64,000 bases of DNA from an uncultured Collinsella sp. Lineage in GTDB: Bacteria; Actinomycetota; Coriobacteriia; Coriobacteriales; Coriobacteriaceae. The first letter of the stretch is position 1. Each line of letters opens with the position of its first letter. Below the pieces are notes generated by a model that was not told the DNA's origin, made no database searches, and worked only from the letters and a program-made list of their open reading frames with translations. Shown here one piece after another: positions 44,753 through 54,178 of this stretch. The DNA is taken from NCBI GenBank assembly GCA_958346515.1, contig CATVRV010000001.1, positions 24,193-88,192 on the forward strand, given 5' to 3'. A program made the translations under genes and the position numbers.

Positions 44753-45964
44753 ATGAGACTTATTAATCGACCGTTCTATATGGATAAGCTCTCCAAGGTG
44801 GCGGGTTCGCCAGACATCAAGGTGATTACCGGAATCAGGCGATGCGGAAAATCGAAATTGCTTGAGGCGTTTGCCAGCCAACTTCGTTCAAACGACCCCT
44901 CGGCCAACGTCATACACGTCAACTTCAATCTACTTGAGTTCGAGCCGTTGGCGGAATACCATGCGCTGCATACATATGTGGAAAAGCATTATATCGAGGG
45001 TTGCCGGAATATCGTCATGATCGACGAGGTCCAGATGTGTGAAGGGTTCGAGCGGGCTATCAACAGTCTTCATGCGTCAGAGAAATATGACATTTACATC
45101 ACGGGGTCGAATGCCTTTCTTCTCTCAAGCGACCTCTCGACGTTGTTCACGGGAAGAACGGTGGAGATCGAGGTCTTTCCGTTTTCACTTGCGGAGTTCT
45201 CGGCGTATCACGAGATCACTTCTCCAGCCGAGGCCCTTGCTCGTTATGTCCGCGAGGGAGGAATGCCGGGTTCCTATATCTACCAGGACGAAAGGATGCG
45301 TTTCTCATACATCTCGGATGTGCTTGAAACTCTTATCCTGCGCGACATCAGACAAAAATATCGTATACGTAATGCGGAGCAGCTTAAACGTTCCTGCGAG
45401 TTCCTGATGGATAACGTCGGAAACATCTCTTCTCTCAAGGGGATGGCGGCTGAGCTGTCACGAGCGAACCTTAAGATAAGCGACAAGACGCTGGCTGTGT
45501 ATATCGACTACCTGTGTGATGCGTTTGCGTTCTACCGGTTTCGTCGCTTTGACGTCTCAGGAAAGAAATACCTGTCGACGGGAGATAAATACTACCTGGC
45601 CGACCACTCGTTTCGCTACGCCGCGCTTGGTACGAAAAAGCTCGATTTTGGCCATGTTTACGAGAATATGGTGGCAATCGAGCTTATGCGCCGCGGATGG
45701 GAAGTCTACGTGGGCGTTCTCTACCAAAAGGAAGTAGACTTTGTCGCCATCAGGCGTGACCGCCGTGTCTATATCCAGGTGAGTGACGACATTTCCCAAG
45801 AAGCGACGCTTGAGCGTGAGCTTGATCCGCTGCGACGGATTCGAGACGCCTATCCCAAGTGCGTCATCGCCCGAACAGGGCACGAAACGACTGATTGGGA
45901 TGGCATCAAGGTCGTCGACCTGGCACGATGGCTTATGGGTGAATCAGGCGAGCTGGCCGTCTAG
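44753..45964 (+). CDS. AAA-family ATPase with C-terminal DUF4143 / PD-(D/E)xK-like domain
   Basis: Walker A GIRRCGKSKLLE, Walker B IVMIDEVQ, and a C-terminal YENMVAIEL..RGWEVYVG....EVDFVAI......YIQVS pattern. I trimmed the start to the ATG at 44753. The region is visibly more AT-rich than its flanks. Confidence 0.85.
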   Translation: MRLINRPFYMDKLSKVAGSPDIKVITGIRRCGKSKLLEAFASQLRSNDPSANVIHVNFNLLEFEPLAEYHALHTYVEKHYIEGCRNIVMIDEVQMCEGFERAINSLHASEKYDIYITGSNAFLLSSDLSTLFTGRTVEIEVFPFSLAEFSAYHEITSPAEALARYVREGGMPGSYIYQDERMRFSYISDVLETLILRDIRQKYRIRNAEQLKRSCEFLMDNVGNISSLKGMAAELSRANLKISDKTLAVYIDYLCDAFAFYRFRRFDVSGKKYLSTGDKYYLADHSFRYAALGTKKLDFGHVYENMVAIELMRRGWEVYVGVLYQKEVDFVAIRRDRRVYIQVSDDISQEATLERELDPLRRIRDAYPKCVIARTGHETTDWDGIKVVDLARWLMGESGELAV

Positions 45965-46198
45965 CACGCGATGACGCGGGCTGGAACGAACGAGCGAGGA
46001 TTCCGTCCCGCGAGGAGGCCAATACGGCCCTCTTCGAGGGACGGAATCCTCGCTCGATCTCTTGGCGGGACATTTTGCTCGGTCGATGATCAACGGTTGG
46101 TGGAAAGCGATGCCTCGTCCGTGCCACTATTCCGTGATTGCTGGTATTTTCTGCATGCTAAAATGAATGCATAAAAGACTTTATATTTGGAGGTCTCG

Positions 46199-46519
46199 AT
46201 GCCTGCTTTAAAGATGCTCGACAATCTTGTTCCCATCAGCGATTTCAGTCACGGTAAGGGTCCCGCTGCGTTTTCGAGAGTGAGCAACGACAACCCGGTT
46301 GTAGTTTTGAAACACAACAAGCCGGCGTTCGTTATCGTGACGCCCGATGAATACCGAGAGGCTAAGCAGGCGGAGGAGGACCTCGCCTTGTTGACGTTGG
46401 CCCTTAAGAGGACGGCTGCGACAAGCGATGATGAACTCGTTTCCCTATCTGATGTTATGGCAGAGTTGGGTGTGGGCCAGGACGAACTCGATCAGATGGA
46501 TGAGGTCGAGTTTGAATGA
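46199..46519 (+). CDS. Type II antitoxin, Phd/YefM-like
   Basis: 106-aa ORF with an N-terminal pattern LVPISDF.......F.....NPVVVLKHNKPAFVIVTPDEY typical of Phd/YefM antitoxins. It overlaps the toxin start by 4 nt (ATGA). The ATG lies 6 nt after GGAGG. Confidence 0.75.
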   Translation: MPALKMLDNLVPISDFSHGKGPAAFSRVSNDNPVVVLKHNKPAFVIVTPDEYREAKQAEEDLALLTLALKRTAATSDDELVSLSDVMAELGVGQDELDQMDEVEFE

Positions 46520-46866
46520 GCGGGTACGAAGTCGCTTTCTACCCGGATACTCTCAAGGATCTCAAGTGTCTCGATGGTTCCCAGCGAAAACACGTGTTTA
46601 AGGCTATAGAAAGAATCAGAACGAACCCATTGCCGCAGAACGAAGGCGGATTCGGCAAGCCTCTTGGAAACAAGGCAGGCACGGATTTGACGGGCTTCAT
46701 GAAAATCAAGCTCAGGGGAAGTGGCATTCGGATTGTGTACCGCCTCATTAAAATCAAAGGAAAAATGGCCATCGTAGTGGTAGGCGCTCGTGAAGACATG
46801 GAAGCGTACCGAACCGCCCAAAGGCGTGCGATTGATTTCGAGAAGTGGGCGGAAGAGGCTCTCTAA
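46516..46866 (+). CDS. Type II toxin, RelE/ParE superfamily
   Basis: 116-aa basic ORF with ...KIKLRGSGIRIVYRLIKIKGKMAIVVVGAREDMEAY, which is RelE/ParE-like. It is translationally coupled to the upstream antitoxin. Confidence 0.8.
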   Translation: MSGYEVAFYPDTLKDLKCLDGSQRKHVFKAIERIRTNPLPQNEGGFGKPLGNKAGTDLTGFMKIKLRGSGIRIVYRLIKIKGKMAIVVVGAREDMEAYRTAQRRAIDFEKWAEEAL

Positions 46867-46920
46867 CTTCATGGGCGAAAACAGGAATGCAGCGATGTGC
46901 TTCAGGTGTGCGAGTTTTGA

Positions 46921-46959
46921 AAGGCTCTGGTGATTCGGAGGTCCGCCAGAGCCTTTTTC
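46921..46959 (+). terminator. Rho-independent terminator of the TA operon
   Basis: Stem aaggctctgg / ccagagcctt followed by TTTT. Confidence 0.65.
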
Positions 46960-46979
46960 TATCTGTGGACATTCCTCTT

Positions 46980-47181
46980 GGACAGTTAGTTCAGATACGT
47001 ATTTTTCAGAGGACGTGTGGAGGCCAATTTGGGCACAATTGAGCTATTTTTGATAGTCTGGACCGACAAGGCCGCGCGGGCAATAGCGAGAAAGACCTAT
47101 TATTAGATCTAAAGCGACTTAAAACCAGTTTGTTAGCGCCAATTAGCACCGCCAAAATATACGTATCTGAACTAACTGTCC
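46980..47181. repeat. MITE-like 202-bp element bounded by 23-bp perfect terminal inverted repeats
   Basis: ggacagttagttcagatacgtat (46980-47002) is the exact reverse complement of atacgtatctgaactaactgtcc (47159-47181). The interior is AT-rich and non-coding, with no transposase. Confidence 0.5.
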
Positions 47182-47640
47182 ACCACCCTCCAACAACCTC
47201 CTATTTCAAATCAAATCAGCCACCGTGCGTCATGGATATTCCCGGTGGGTCGCGGGGTGGCGGCTACGACTTTCCCTCAGGATAATTCGCGAAGCCCGTT
47301 TTCCGAGGAAAGGTATTGGTTATGTAATACCAGTTAAACAGTAAAACTATGCTTAAGTGGTATCTGGCTGGAGAACCAATTGGTATGGTTGATTAGACCC
47401 ACTTCGCCATCTACGTTCATTTTTATACCGCTGGGAGAATTCCAAACTTAATTTGCGCAACTGCTCACGTATGCTGGTTCAACCTTATAGGTGGCTATCT
47501 GGTTACTACCAGTTGACCCCTTGGTAACGGGTGGGCCAATTGTACGGAATGTACCGAACACCCCCCCCGTTTGATGCGTTCGCCCATGCTGCGGGGCGCG
47601 CGTCCGCGACACTTCCGCATGTCGGAGGGAAGGAGTCCAG

Positions 47641-50600
47641 GTGCGTAGGAATTCCATTTTTACGAAACGATGGGTGAAGGGAAGCGCAGTCCTCGTTGCC
47701 ACGGCAGCGACGCTCGTGTTCGCCAGTCCCCAGCAGGCGGTTGCCACGCCACTCAAGGGCGTCGAATCGGCGACCGTGTCTCAGTCTGCCTCGAACGTCG
47801 TTGACATCGATTTCGCCGGCGGCATCAAGGGCCGCATTACGTTCCTCGAGGACGGTATTTTCCGTTACAACGTTGATCCCAAGGGTGAGTTTTCCGAGTA
47901 CGCAACGCCGCGCAGTAAGTCCCACACGGCTAAGATCCAGGCCCAGCCCGATGCCTCGGACACCTACAGCAAGCCGAGTGCGACGGTTGCCGACAAGGGC
48001 AACACTATCGAGATCAGCGGTGGAAAGGCGACCGTGATCCTGGACAAGGCGACTGGCAAGATGAGCATCAAGTCGGGCGACCGTGTCGTGGTCTCCGAGT
48101 CCGCGTCCCTCGACCTTGATAAGAAGGGCACCGTACAGACGCTCGCCAAGGAGAAGTCCGAGAACTTCTTTGGCGGCGGTACTCAGAACGGCCGCTTCCT
48201 GCACACCAACCAGACTATCGCCATCTCCAACACCAACAACTGGACCGATGGCGGCGTTGCTTCGCCCAACCCGTTCTACTGGACGAGTGACGGTTACGGC
48301 GTGCTCCGAAACACGTTTGCAGAGGGTTCCTACGACTTCGGTTCCACGGACGCATCAACAGTCACGACTTCGCACAGCGAGAATGAGTTCGACGCCTACT
48401 ACTTCGTGGCGACCAATGAGGGCGCCACGAACGTGGCGACCGAGATGCTGCAGGACTACTACAAGGTGACCGGTAATCCGGTACTGCTGCCCGAGTACGG
48501 TTTCTACCTGGGTCATCTGAATGCCTATAACCGTGATGGCTGGTCAACGACCTCGGGTCAGAAGAAGTGGGAGACCAAGGGCAGCAAGTCCTCGAGCAAG
48601 GAGGGCGACGTTAAGTACGAGTCTGGCATGGCGACGGGCTACAAGCTCGACGGCACGCTTGCGGCCGAGACGCTCAACGGTGAGGGCCCCACGGTCGATA
48701 CCGAGAACATGAAGGCGACCGATTTCGACCGCCAATTCTCCGCCCAGCGGGTTATCGATGACTACGAGGACAACGACATGCCGCTCGGCTGGTTCCTGCC
48801 GAACGACGGATACGGTGCCGGCTATGGCCAGAACGGTTATTACAAGACCGGCGGCGTCAACTCCGACGGAACGAGTTCAGCCGAGCGCCTCAACGCCGTG
48901 CGTGCCAACGTCGACAACCTTAAGAAGTTTACCGAGTATGCTAACTCCAAGGGTGTGAGCACGGGTCTGTGGACCCAGTCTAACCTGGAGCCTGACAGCA
49001 ACTCCGAGACCCCGTGGCATTTGCTTCGCGATTTCGACGCCGAGGTCAAGACGGGCGGCATTACCACCCTCAAGACCGACGTCGCTTGGGTGGGCTCTGG
49101 CTACTCCTTTGGCCTCAACGGCATCAAGACGGCCTACGATACGGTGACGACCGGCGCCAACAAGCGCCCCAACATCATCACGCTTGACGGTTGGGCCGGC
49201 ACGCAGCGCTTTGGCGGCATCTGGACCGGCGATCAGTACGGCGGCAACTGGGAGTACATCCGCTTCCACATCCCCACGTATATCGGTCAGAGCCTCTCGG
49301 GCAACCCCAACATCGGCTCCGATATGGACGGCATCTTTGGTGGCAGCCCCATCATCTCCGCGCGCGACTACCAGTGGAAGACGTTCACGCCCTCTATGCT
49401 CGACATGGACGGCTGGGGCACCTACCGCAAGTCGCCCATGACGCACGGCGATCCCTACACGGGCATTTCGCGCTTTTACCTCAAGCTCAAGGCGCAACTC
49501 ATGCCCTATATCTACACGAGCGCGGCCTCGGCGGCCAACATCGACACGGGCAACGGCGATACCGGCCTGCCCATGATCCGCGCCATGCTGCTCTCCGACA
49601 ACTCCGAGTACGCCGCAAGCACCTCGACGCAGTATCAGTACATGTTCGGTGAGAACTTCCTGGTGGCACCGGTGTATCAGGATACCCAGGCAGATGAGAA
49701 CGGCAACGACGTTCGCAATGGTATCTACCTTCCCAACTACGGCACCGACGAGAATCCCACCATCTGGATTGACTACTTCTCGGGTAAGCAGTACCGCGGC
49801 GGCCAGGTCCTCAACAACTACGATGCTCCGCTTTGGAAGTTGCCGCTCTTTGTAAAGGCCAACGCCATCGTGCCGATGTATGCCGAGAACAACAACCCCG
49901 AGGCCGTGACCGAGACTAACACCAAGGGCACCGATCGCAGCCAGCGTATCGTCGAGTTCTTCGCCACCGAGGGTGACGGCACCTTTACGCAGTACGAGGA
50001 CGACGGCTCCTCCATCCAGAACAACACGACCGAGGACGATGCCTACGGCACGATCGACAACATCTCCTACGGCGAGCACGTGAGCACCGTCTACAGCTCC
50101 AAGGCCACGGGCGGCACCGCCACCTTTACCGCCGAGGCTTCGCAGGGTGGCTACAACGGCTACGACTCCAACCGCACCACGACCTTCGTGGCCAACGTGT
50201 CCGCCAAGCCTGCGAGCGTCATCGCCAAGAATGGCGGCACTGCGCTCAACGTGACCGAGGTCGACTCACAGGAGGCTTTCGACGCCGCGACCCCCGAGGC
50301 TGGCCAAGCGGTCTACTTCTACAACGAAAGCCCCAACCTCAACCACTACGGCAGCGATGCGGACAGCACCGAGGCCGAGAAGGGCGAGAGCTTCAACGAC
50401 ACTAAGATCACCACGAACCCCAAGGTCTACGTCAAGTTTGCGAAGACCGATGTCGCTGCAGCGGAGCAGACGCTCGAGCTGGGCGGTTTCGTGAACGCCG
50501 ACGCCACGCTCGCGGCCGACCGCCTCAACGAGAACCTCTCCGCACCCGCGAACCTTGCTGCCCCCGAGGACGCCACGACCCCCACGAGCATTAAGCTCAC

Positions 50601-53600
50601 CTGGGGAAAGGTCGATGGTGCTACCTCCTACGACCTTAAGGTCGATGGCACCGTGTTCGCCGTGGGCGATGCAGCGGAATTCACGCATACCGATCTTGCC
50701 TACAATAGCAAGCACACCTACCAGATCCGTTCGCGCAACGCCGAGGGCTACTCCCGTTGGAGCGATGTGCTCGCGGCGAACTCCGCACTCGACCCATGGC
50801 GGAACGTGCCCGAGGCCGAGAAGATCACCTGGGAGGGCTCGATCTACGGCAGCCATAAGGCCGATCTCGCCTTCGACCATGAGTTCCAGACGAGCGACGG
50901 CGGCTTCCACTCCGGCGGCAACGACCTGGGCAAGGCGCTCACCGTCGACTACGGCCGCGCCTACAAGCTCGACAAGCTCGAGTACTATCCGCGTACCGAC
51001 GCCGGCAACGGCACTGTGACCAAGATGCGCATCGAGACGAGTCTCGACGGTGTCCATTGGACGAGCCAGGAGGTCGATTGGGAGCGCTCCGCCGCCTGCA
51101 AAACGGTGACGTTCGACGGCGCCGTGGCCGCACGCTACGTGCGTATGACGCCGCTCGCTTCGGCTGGTAACTTCTTCTCCGCGTCCGAGATCGCCATCTA
51201 CAAGGCCGATGGTACGGACGGCTTTGCTGTGGGTTCCAACCTCAACAAGGCAACGATCTCCGATGGCGACTATTCCAACATGAAGAATTATCTGGGTCTC
51301 GAGAACCGCGAGCCCGATACCTCGACGTTCGACTCGCAGATTCGCGACCACTTTGCCGATCTCAACGGCAACGGGGTCTATGATGTCTACGACTACTCGT
51401 TTACCATGGCGGGGCTTGATGGCGGCACCAAGCAGAAAGGCAAGGTCGCCGGCAAGCTCGCGGTGATTCCGAGCAAGACCGAGGTCGATGCCGGCGATGA
51501 GATCACCGTCGATGTCTATGCGGCCGACGCCAAGAACGTCAACGCCCTGGGCGCGCTCGTCAACTTTAAGAGTGACCAGTTTGAGTTTGTGTCCGAGAGC
51601 ATCTCGCAGGATGGTTCGACCGCCGGCATGGAGAACCTGTCGCGCGAGAAGGTCCAGTTCGCGGACGGCACACAGACCATCAACCTCGCCTTTGCCAACC
51701 GCGGTGACGGCAAGCTCTACAACGGCACTGGCGCGGTGGCGAGCTTCAAACTCAAGGCCAAGACGGCCGGCAAGGTTGAACTGCCCTCGACGTCTTGGCT
51801 CATCGGTCCGGCGTGCGATGCGCTCGAGTTTACGAGTGACGGTACCGTGACGATGCCGGACGTTCCGCAGCCCACGGTTGCCGAGTACGGTCAGGATGCC
51901 TTCAACATCACGATGACCAACGACGAGCTCACGACCGACGACGGTTCCAACGTCGAGAAGCTTATTCAGCAGAAGAGCTATAACGCGCTGTTCGATAACG
52001 ATGAGGGCGACAACGGCTTTGAGTTCCTGTGGAACTGGAGCGGCAACTGGGACAGCGAGGGCAAGCTTCCGAGTTACGTGAAGCTTCCCGCCACGATGAC
52101 ATTTGCCTTTAAGACACCATCGAAGCTCGATGCCGTTGAGGTCATCAACCGCGACGGCGGTAACGGCACCGTGCAGAAGATCAAGGCCGTCGTGACGTTC
52201 GAGGATGGCTCGACCCAGGAGTTCGCGGGTGGGGAGTACGATTCCTTCCAGGCTCGCTACGCCTTTGGCCTCTCTGCCGAGAACAAGGGCAAGAAGGCGA
52301 CTAAGGTCGAGATCACGCCGCTTGAGGCATCGGGTGACCAGATGCTCACACTGCGCGAGATCAACTTCAACTACACGCAGGGTGTCGAGGCCATCGAGGG
52401 TATCGAGCTGGGCAAGAACCAGACCGAGTTCTTTGAGGGCGACGTTACGCTCGTCGACGCTAAGGCCACGCCCGAGAGCGCCGGCTACCCCTATGTGACG
52501 GTCGAGAGCTCCGACTCCTCTGTGGTGAGCGTCTCCGCTGTTCAGGCCGGCGATAGCGTGAACTACTACTTGCGTGCCAACAAGGCCGGCAAGGCAACGA
52601 TCACGGTGGCGTCAGTGCTCGACCCCTCCAAGACCGCATCCTATGAGGTCGAGGTCAAGGCTGGTGTCGACACCTCTGCGCTCATGGCGGCGCTTTCCAA
52701 GGCCGCGGGCTACAGCGAGTCCGTCTACACCAAGGATTCTTATGCAGCTCTCACCGCTGCGGTCGAGGCGGCTCAGAAGCTTCTCGACGGCGGCCAGGGC
52801 AGCTATAGCAAGAAGGATGTCGCAGACGCTACGACCAAGATCGAAAAGGCAATCGACGGCCTCAAGATGCGCCCCGTTGATGAGAAGAAGCTCATCAACA
52901 CGCCCGAGAACCGCGAGAACGTCAAGGTGACCGGCTTCTCGAGCGAGGCCGACTATGAGGGCAGCAACGCCGTCAACGCTCTTGACGGCGATGAGCAGAC
53001 GCTCTGGCACAGCGACTATGCTTATAAGGCCGGTATGCCCCAGCACCTGACCGTCGACCTGGGCCGCGACTACGATCTCACCGACGTCACGTTCCTGCCG
53101 CGCCAGGACGGCGGCACGAACGGCGATATCTTTGAGGCCGAGGTGCTGGTCTCCGACACCGCCGACGGTTATGAGATGGGCACCGCCGCGTCGATGGGTA
53201 CGTTTACCTTCGACAACGACGGCCGCGTGCTCACCGACCGTGGCGACTGGAGGCAGATGAGCTTTGGTGCCGCGCGCGGTCGCTACGTGACCGTCAAGGT
53301 GCTCCACGCCGGCGGTGGCAGCGTTGACGCCTACTGCAGCATGGCGGAACTCAAGTTCTACGGTGCGGCCGTTCCCGATCCGGTGGCGAAGGACGACCTC
53401 ACTGCCGCGATTGAAAAGGTTGATGCCGAGGTTGCAGCCGGCGACCTTAAGGCCAGTGACTACACCGAGGCTTCCTGGACCGCGTTCCAGAACGCCTTGG
53501 CGAGCGCCCGCGCCATCCTGAGCGACGAGAACGCCACGCAGGACGAGGTCGACCAGGCACTCAAGGCGCTCGAGGATGCCCGTGACGCGCTCGAGAAGAC

Positions 53601-54072
53601 CCCGGTGACCCCGGTCGAGAACCCGACCAAGAAGCAACTCAAGGCCCTGGTCAAGCAGGCGAAGGAGACTGACACCAAGGGAAAGACGGCCGAGTCTGTC
53701 AAGGCCCTGACGGATGCCATTACCTACGCCGAGGATGTCTTGGGTGATGAGAATGCTTCCGACGCCCAGCTCCAGGCGGCCTATGACCAGCTCAAACTGG
53801 CCATTGAGGGCCTTAAGGATGCCGACTCCGGCAACCAGGGCGGCTCGGGCAACACCGGCGGCTCGGGCAACCAGGGTTCCGGCAACGGCTCGAACGGCGG
53901 CGGCCAGGCGGGCAAGCCCGCAGGCGACAAGGCCCAGGGCGGCAAGAAGAACGGTTCGGCGATCCCCGTTACTGGCGATCAAACGGCGGCAACTGTCGCG
54001 ACTGTCGGTGGCCTTGGAGCCATCATCGCTGCGATCGGTGCCTTCTTCCACCGTCGCAATAAGGCTGAGTAG
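47641..54072 (+). CDS. Cell-wall-anchored multidomain glycoside hydrolase family 31 with FN3, two F5/8 type C (CBM32-like), dockerin-like/cohesin-like, Big_2 and FIVAR modules (sorting motif IPVTG)
   Basis: 2143-aa ORF with a GTG start after GGAGGGAAGGAG and a signal peptide. GH31 motifs are present: GGITTLKTDVAWVG (nucleophile region) and GIWTGDQYGGNWEYIRFHI. There is an FN3-like PTSIKLTWGKVDGATSYDLKV and discoidin-like blocks (AFDHEFQT..., ALDGDEQTLWHSDY...). An EF-hand-like DLNGNGVYDVYD is followed by a cohesin-like module, then FIVAR-like helical repeats. The C-terminus is a Gly-rich linker, IPVTG, a TM segment and HRRNKAE. Confidence 0.9.
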   Translation: MRRNSIFTKRWVKGSAVLVATAATLVFASPQQAVATPLKGVESATVSQSASNVVDIDFAGGIKGRITFLEDGIFRYNVDPKGEFSEYATPRSKSHTAKIQAQPDASDTYSKPSATVADKGNTIEISGGKATVILDKATGKMSIKSGDRVVVSESASLDLDKKGTVQTLAKEKSENFFGGGTQNGRFLHTNQTIAISNTNNWTDGGVASPNPFYWTSDGYGVLRNTFAEGSYDFGSTDASTVTTSHSENEFDAYYFVATNEGATNVATEMLQDYYKVTGNPVLLPEYGFYLGHLNAYNRDGWSTTSGQKKWETKGSKSSSKEGDVKYESGMATGYKLDGTLAAETLNGEGPTVDTENMKATDFDRQFSAQRVIDDYEDNDMPLGWFLPNDGYGAGYGQNGYYKTGGVNSDGTSSAERLNAVRANVDNLKKFTEYANSKGVSTGLWTQSNLEPDSNSETPWHLLRDFDAEVKTGGITTLKTDVAWVGSGYSFGLNGIKTAYDTVTTGANKRPNIITLDGWAGTQRFGGIWTGDQYGGNWEYIRFHIPTYIGQSLSGNPNIGSDMDGIFGGSPIISARDYQWKTFTPSMLDMDGWGTYRKSPMTHGDPYTGISRFYLKLKAQLMPYIYTSAASAANIDTGNGDTGLPMIRAMLLSDNSEYAASTSTQYQYMFGENFLVAPVYQDTQADENGNDVRNGIYLPNYGTDENPTIWIDYFSGKQYRGGQVLNNYDAPLWKLPLFVKANAIVPMYAENNNPEAVTETNTKGTDRSQRIVEFFATEGDGTFTQYEDDGSSIQNNTTEDDAYGTIDNISYGEHVSTVYSSKATGGTATFTAEASQGGYNGYDSNRTTTFVANVSAKPASVIAKNGGTALNVTEVDSQEAFDAATPEAGQAVYFYNESPNLNHYGSDADSTEAEKGESFNDTKITTNPKVYVKFAKTDVAAAEQTLELGGFVNADATLAADRLNENLSAPANLAAPEDATTPTSIKLTWGKVDGATSYDLKVDGTVFAVGDAAEFTHTDLAYNSKHTYQIRSRNAEGYSRWSDVLAANSALDPWRNVPEAEKITWEGSIYGSHKADLAFDHEFQTSDGGFHSGGNDLGKALTVDYGRAYKLDKLEYYPRTDAGNGTVTKMRIETSLDGVHWTSQEVDWERSAACKTVTFDGAVAARYVRMTPLASAGNFFSASEIAIYKADGTDGFAVGSNLNKATISDGDYSNMKNYLGLENREPDTSTFDSQIRDHFADLNGNGVYDVYDYSFTMAGLDGGTKQKGKVAGKLAVIPSKTEVDAGDEITVDVYAADAKNVNALGALVNFKSDQFEFVSESISQDGSTAGMENLSREKVQFADGTQTINLAFANRGDGKLYNGTGAVASFKLKAKTAGKVELPSTSWLIGPACDALEFTSDGTVTMPDVPQPTVAEYGQDAFNITMTNDELTTDDGSNVEKLIQQKSYNALFDNDEGDNGFEFLWNWSGNWDSEGKLPSYVKLPATMTFAFKTPSKLDAVEVINRDGGNGTVQKIKAVVTFEDGSTQEFAGGEYDSFQARYAFGLSAENKGKKATKVEITPLEASGDQMLTLREINFNYTQGVEAIEGIELGKNQTEFFEGDVTLVDAKATPESAGYPYVTVESSDSSVVSVSAVQAGDSVNYYLRANKAGKATITVASVLDPSKTASYEVEVKAGVDTSALMAALSKAAGYSESVYTKDSYAALTAAVEAAQKLLDGGQGSYSKKDVADATTKIEKAIDGLKMRPVDEKKLINTPENRENVKVTGFSSEADYEGSNAVNALDGDEQTLWHSDYAYKAGMPQHLTVDLGRDYDLTDVTFLPRQDGGTNGDIFEAEVLVSDTADGYEMGTAASMGTFTFDNDGRVLTDRGDWRQMSFGAARGRYVTVKVLHAGGGSVDAYCSMAELKFYGAAVPDPVAKDDLTAAIEKVDAEVAAGDLKASDYTEASWTAFQNALASARAILSDENATQDEVDQALKALEDARDALEKTPVTPVENPTKKQLKALVKQAKETDTKGKTAESVKALTDAITYAEDVLGDENASDAQLQAAYDQLKLAIEGLKDADSGNQGGSGNTGGSGNQGSGNGSNGGGQAGKPAGDKAQGGKKNGSAIPVTGDQTAATVATVGGLGAIIAAIGAFFHRRNKAE

Positions 54073-54093
54073 TCCCAGCGACAACTAAGCAAA

Positions 54094-54136
54094 CGTGCCC
54101 GCCGTCCCACCCAAGGACGGTGGGCACGCTTTTTTA
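54094..54136 (+). terminator. Rho-independent terminator of the GH31 gene
   Basis: Stem gtgcccgccgtcc / ggacggtgggcac followed by a TTTTTTATTT run. Confidence 0.7.
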
Positions 54137-54178
54137 TTTCAGCTAACGTACGTCATGGCAATCCCCGGTAGGTCGAGG

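Noticed and set aside
47200-47640. Repeated TGGTAT / CTGGT-N4-ACCAG motifs upstream of the GH31 gene as a defined operator set
   Set aside because: The motifs are short and degenerate (ggtattggttatgtaatacc, tggtatctgg, ttggtatgg, ctggttactaccag). I cannot distinguish them from chance in AT-rich DNA without genome-wide motif statistics.
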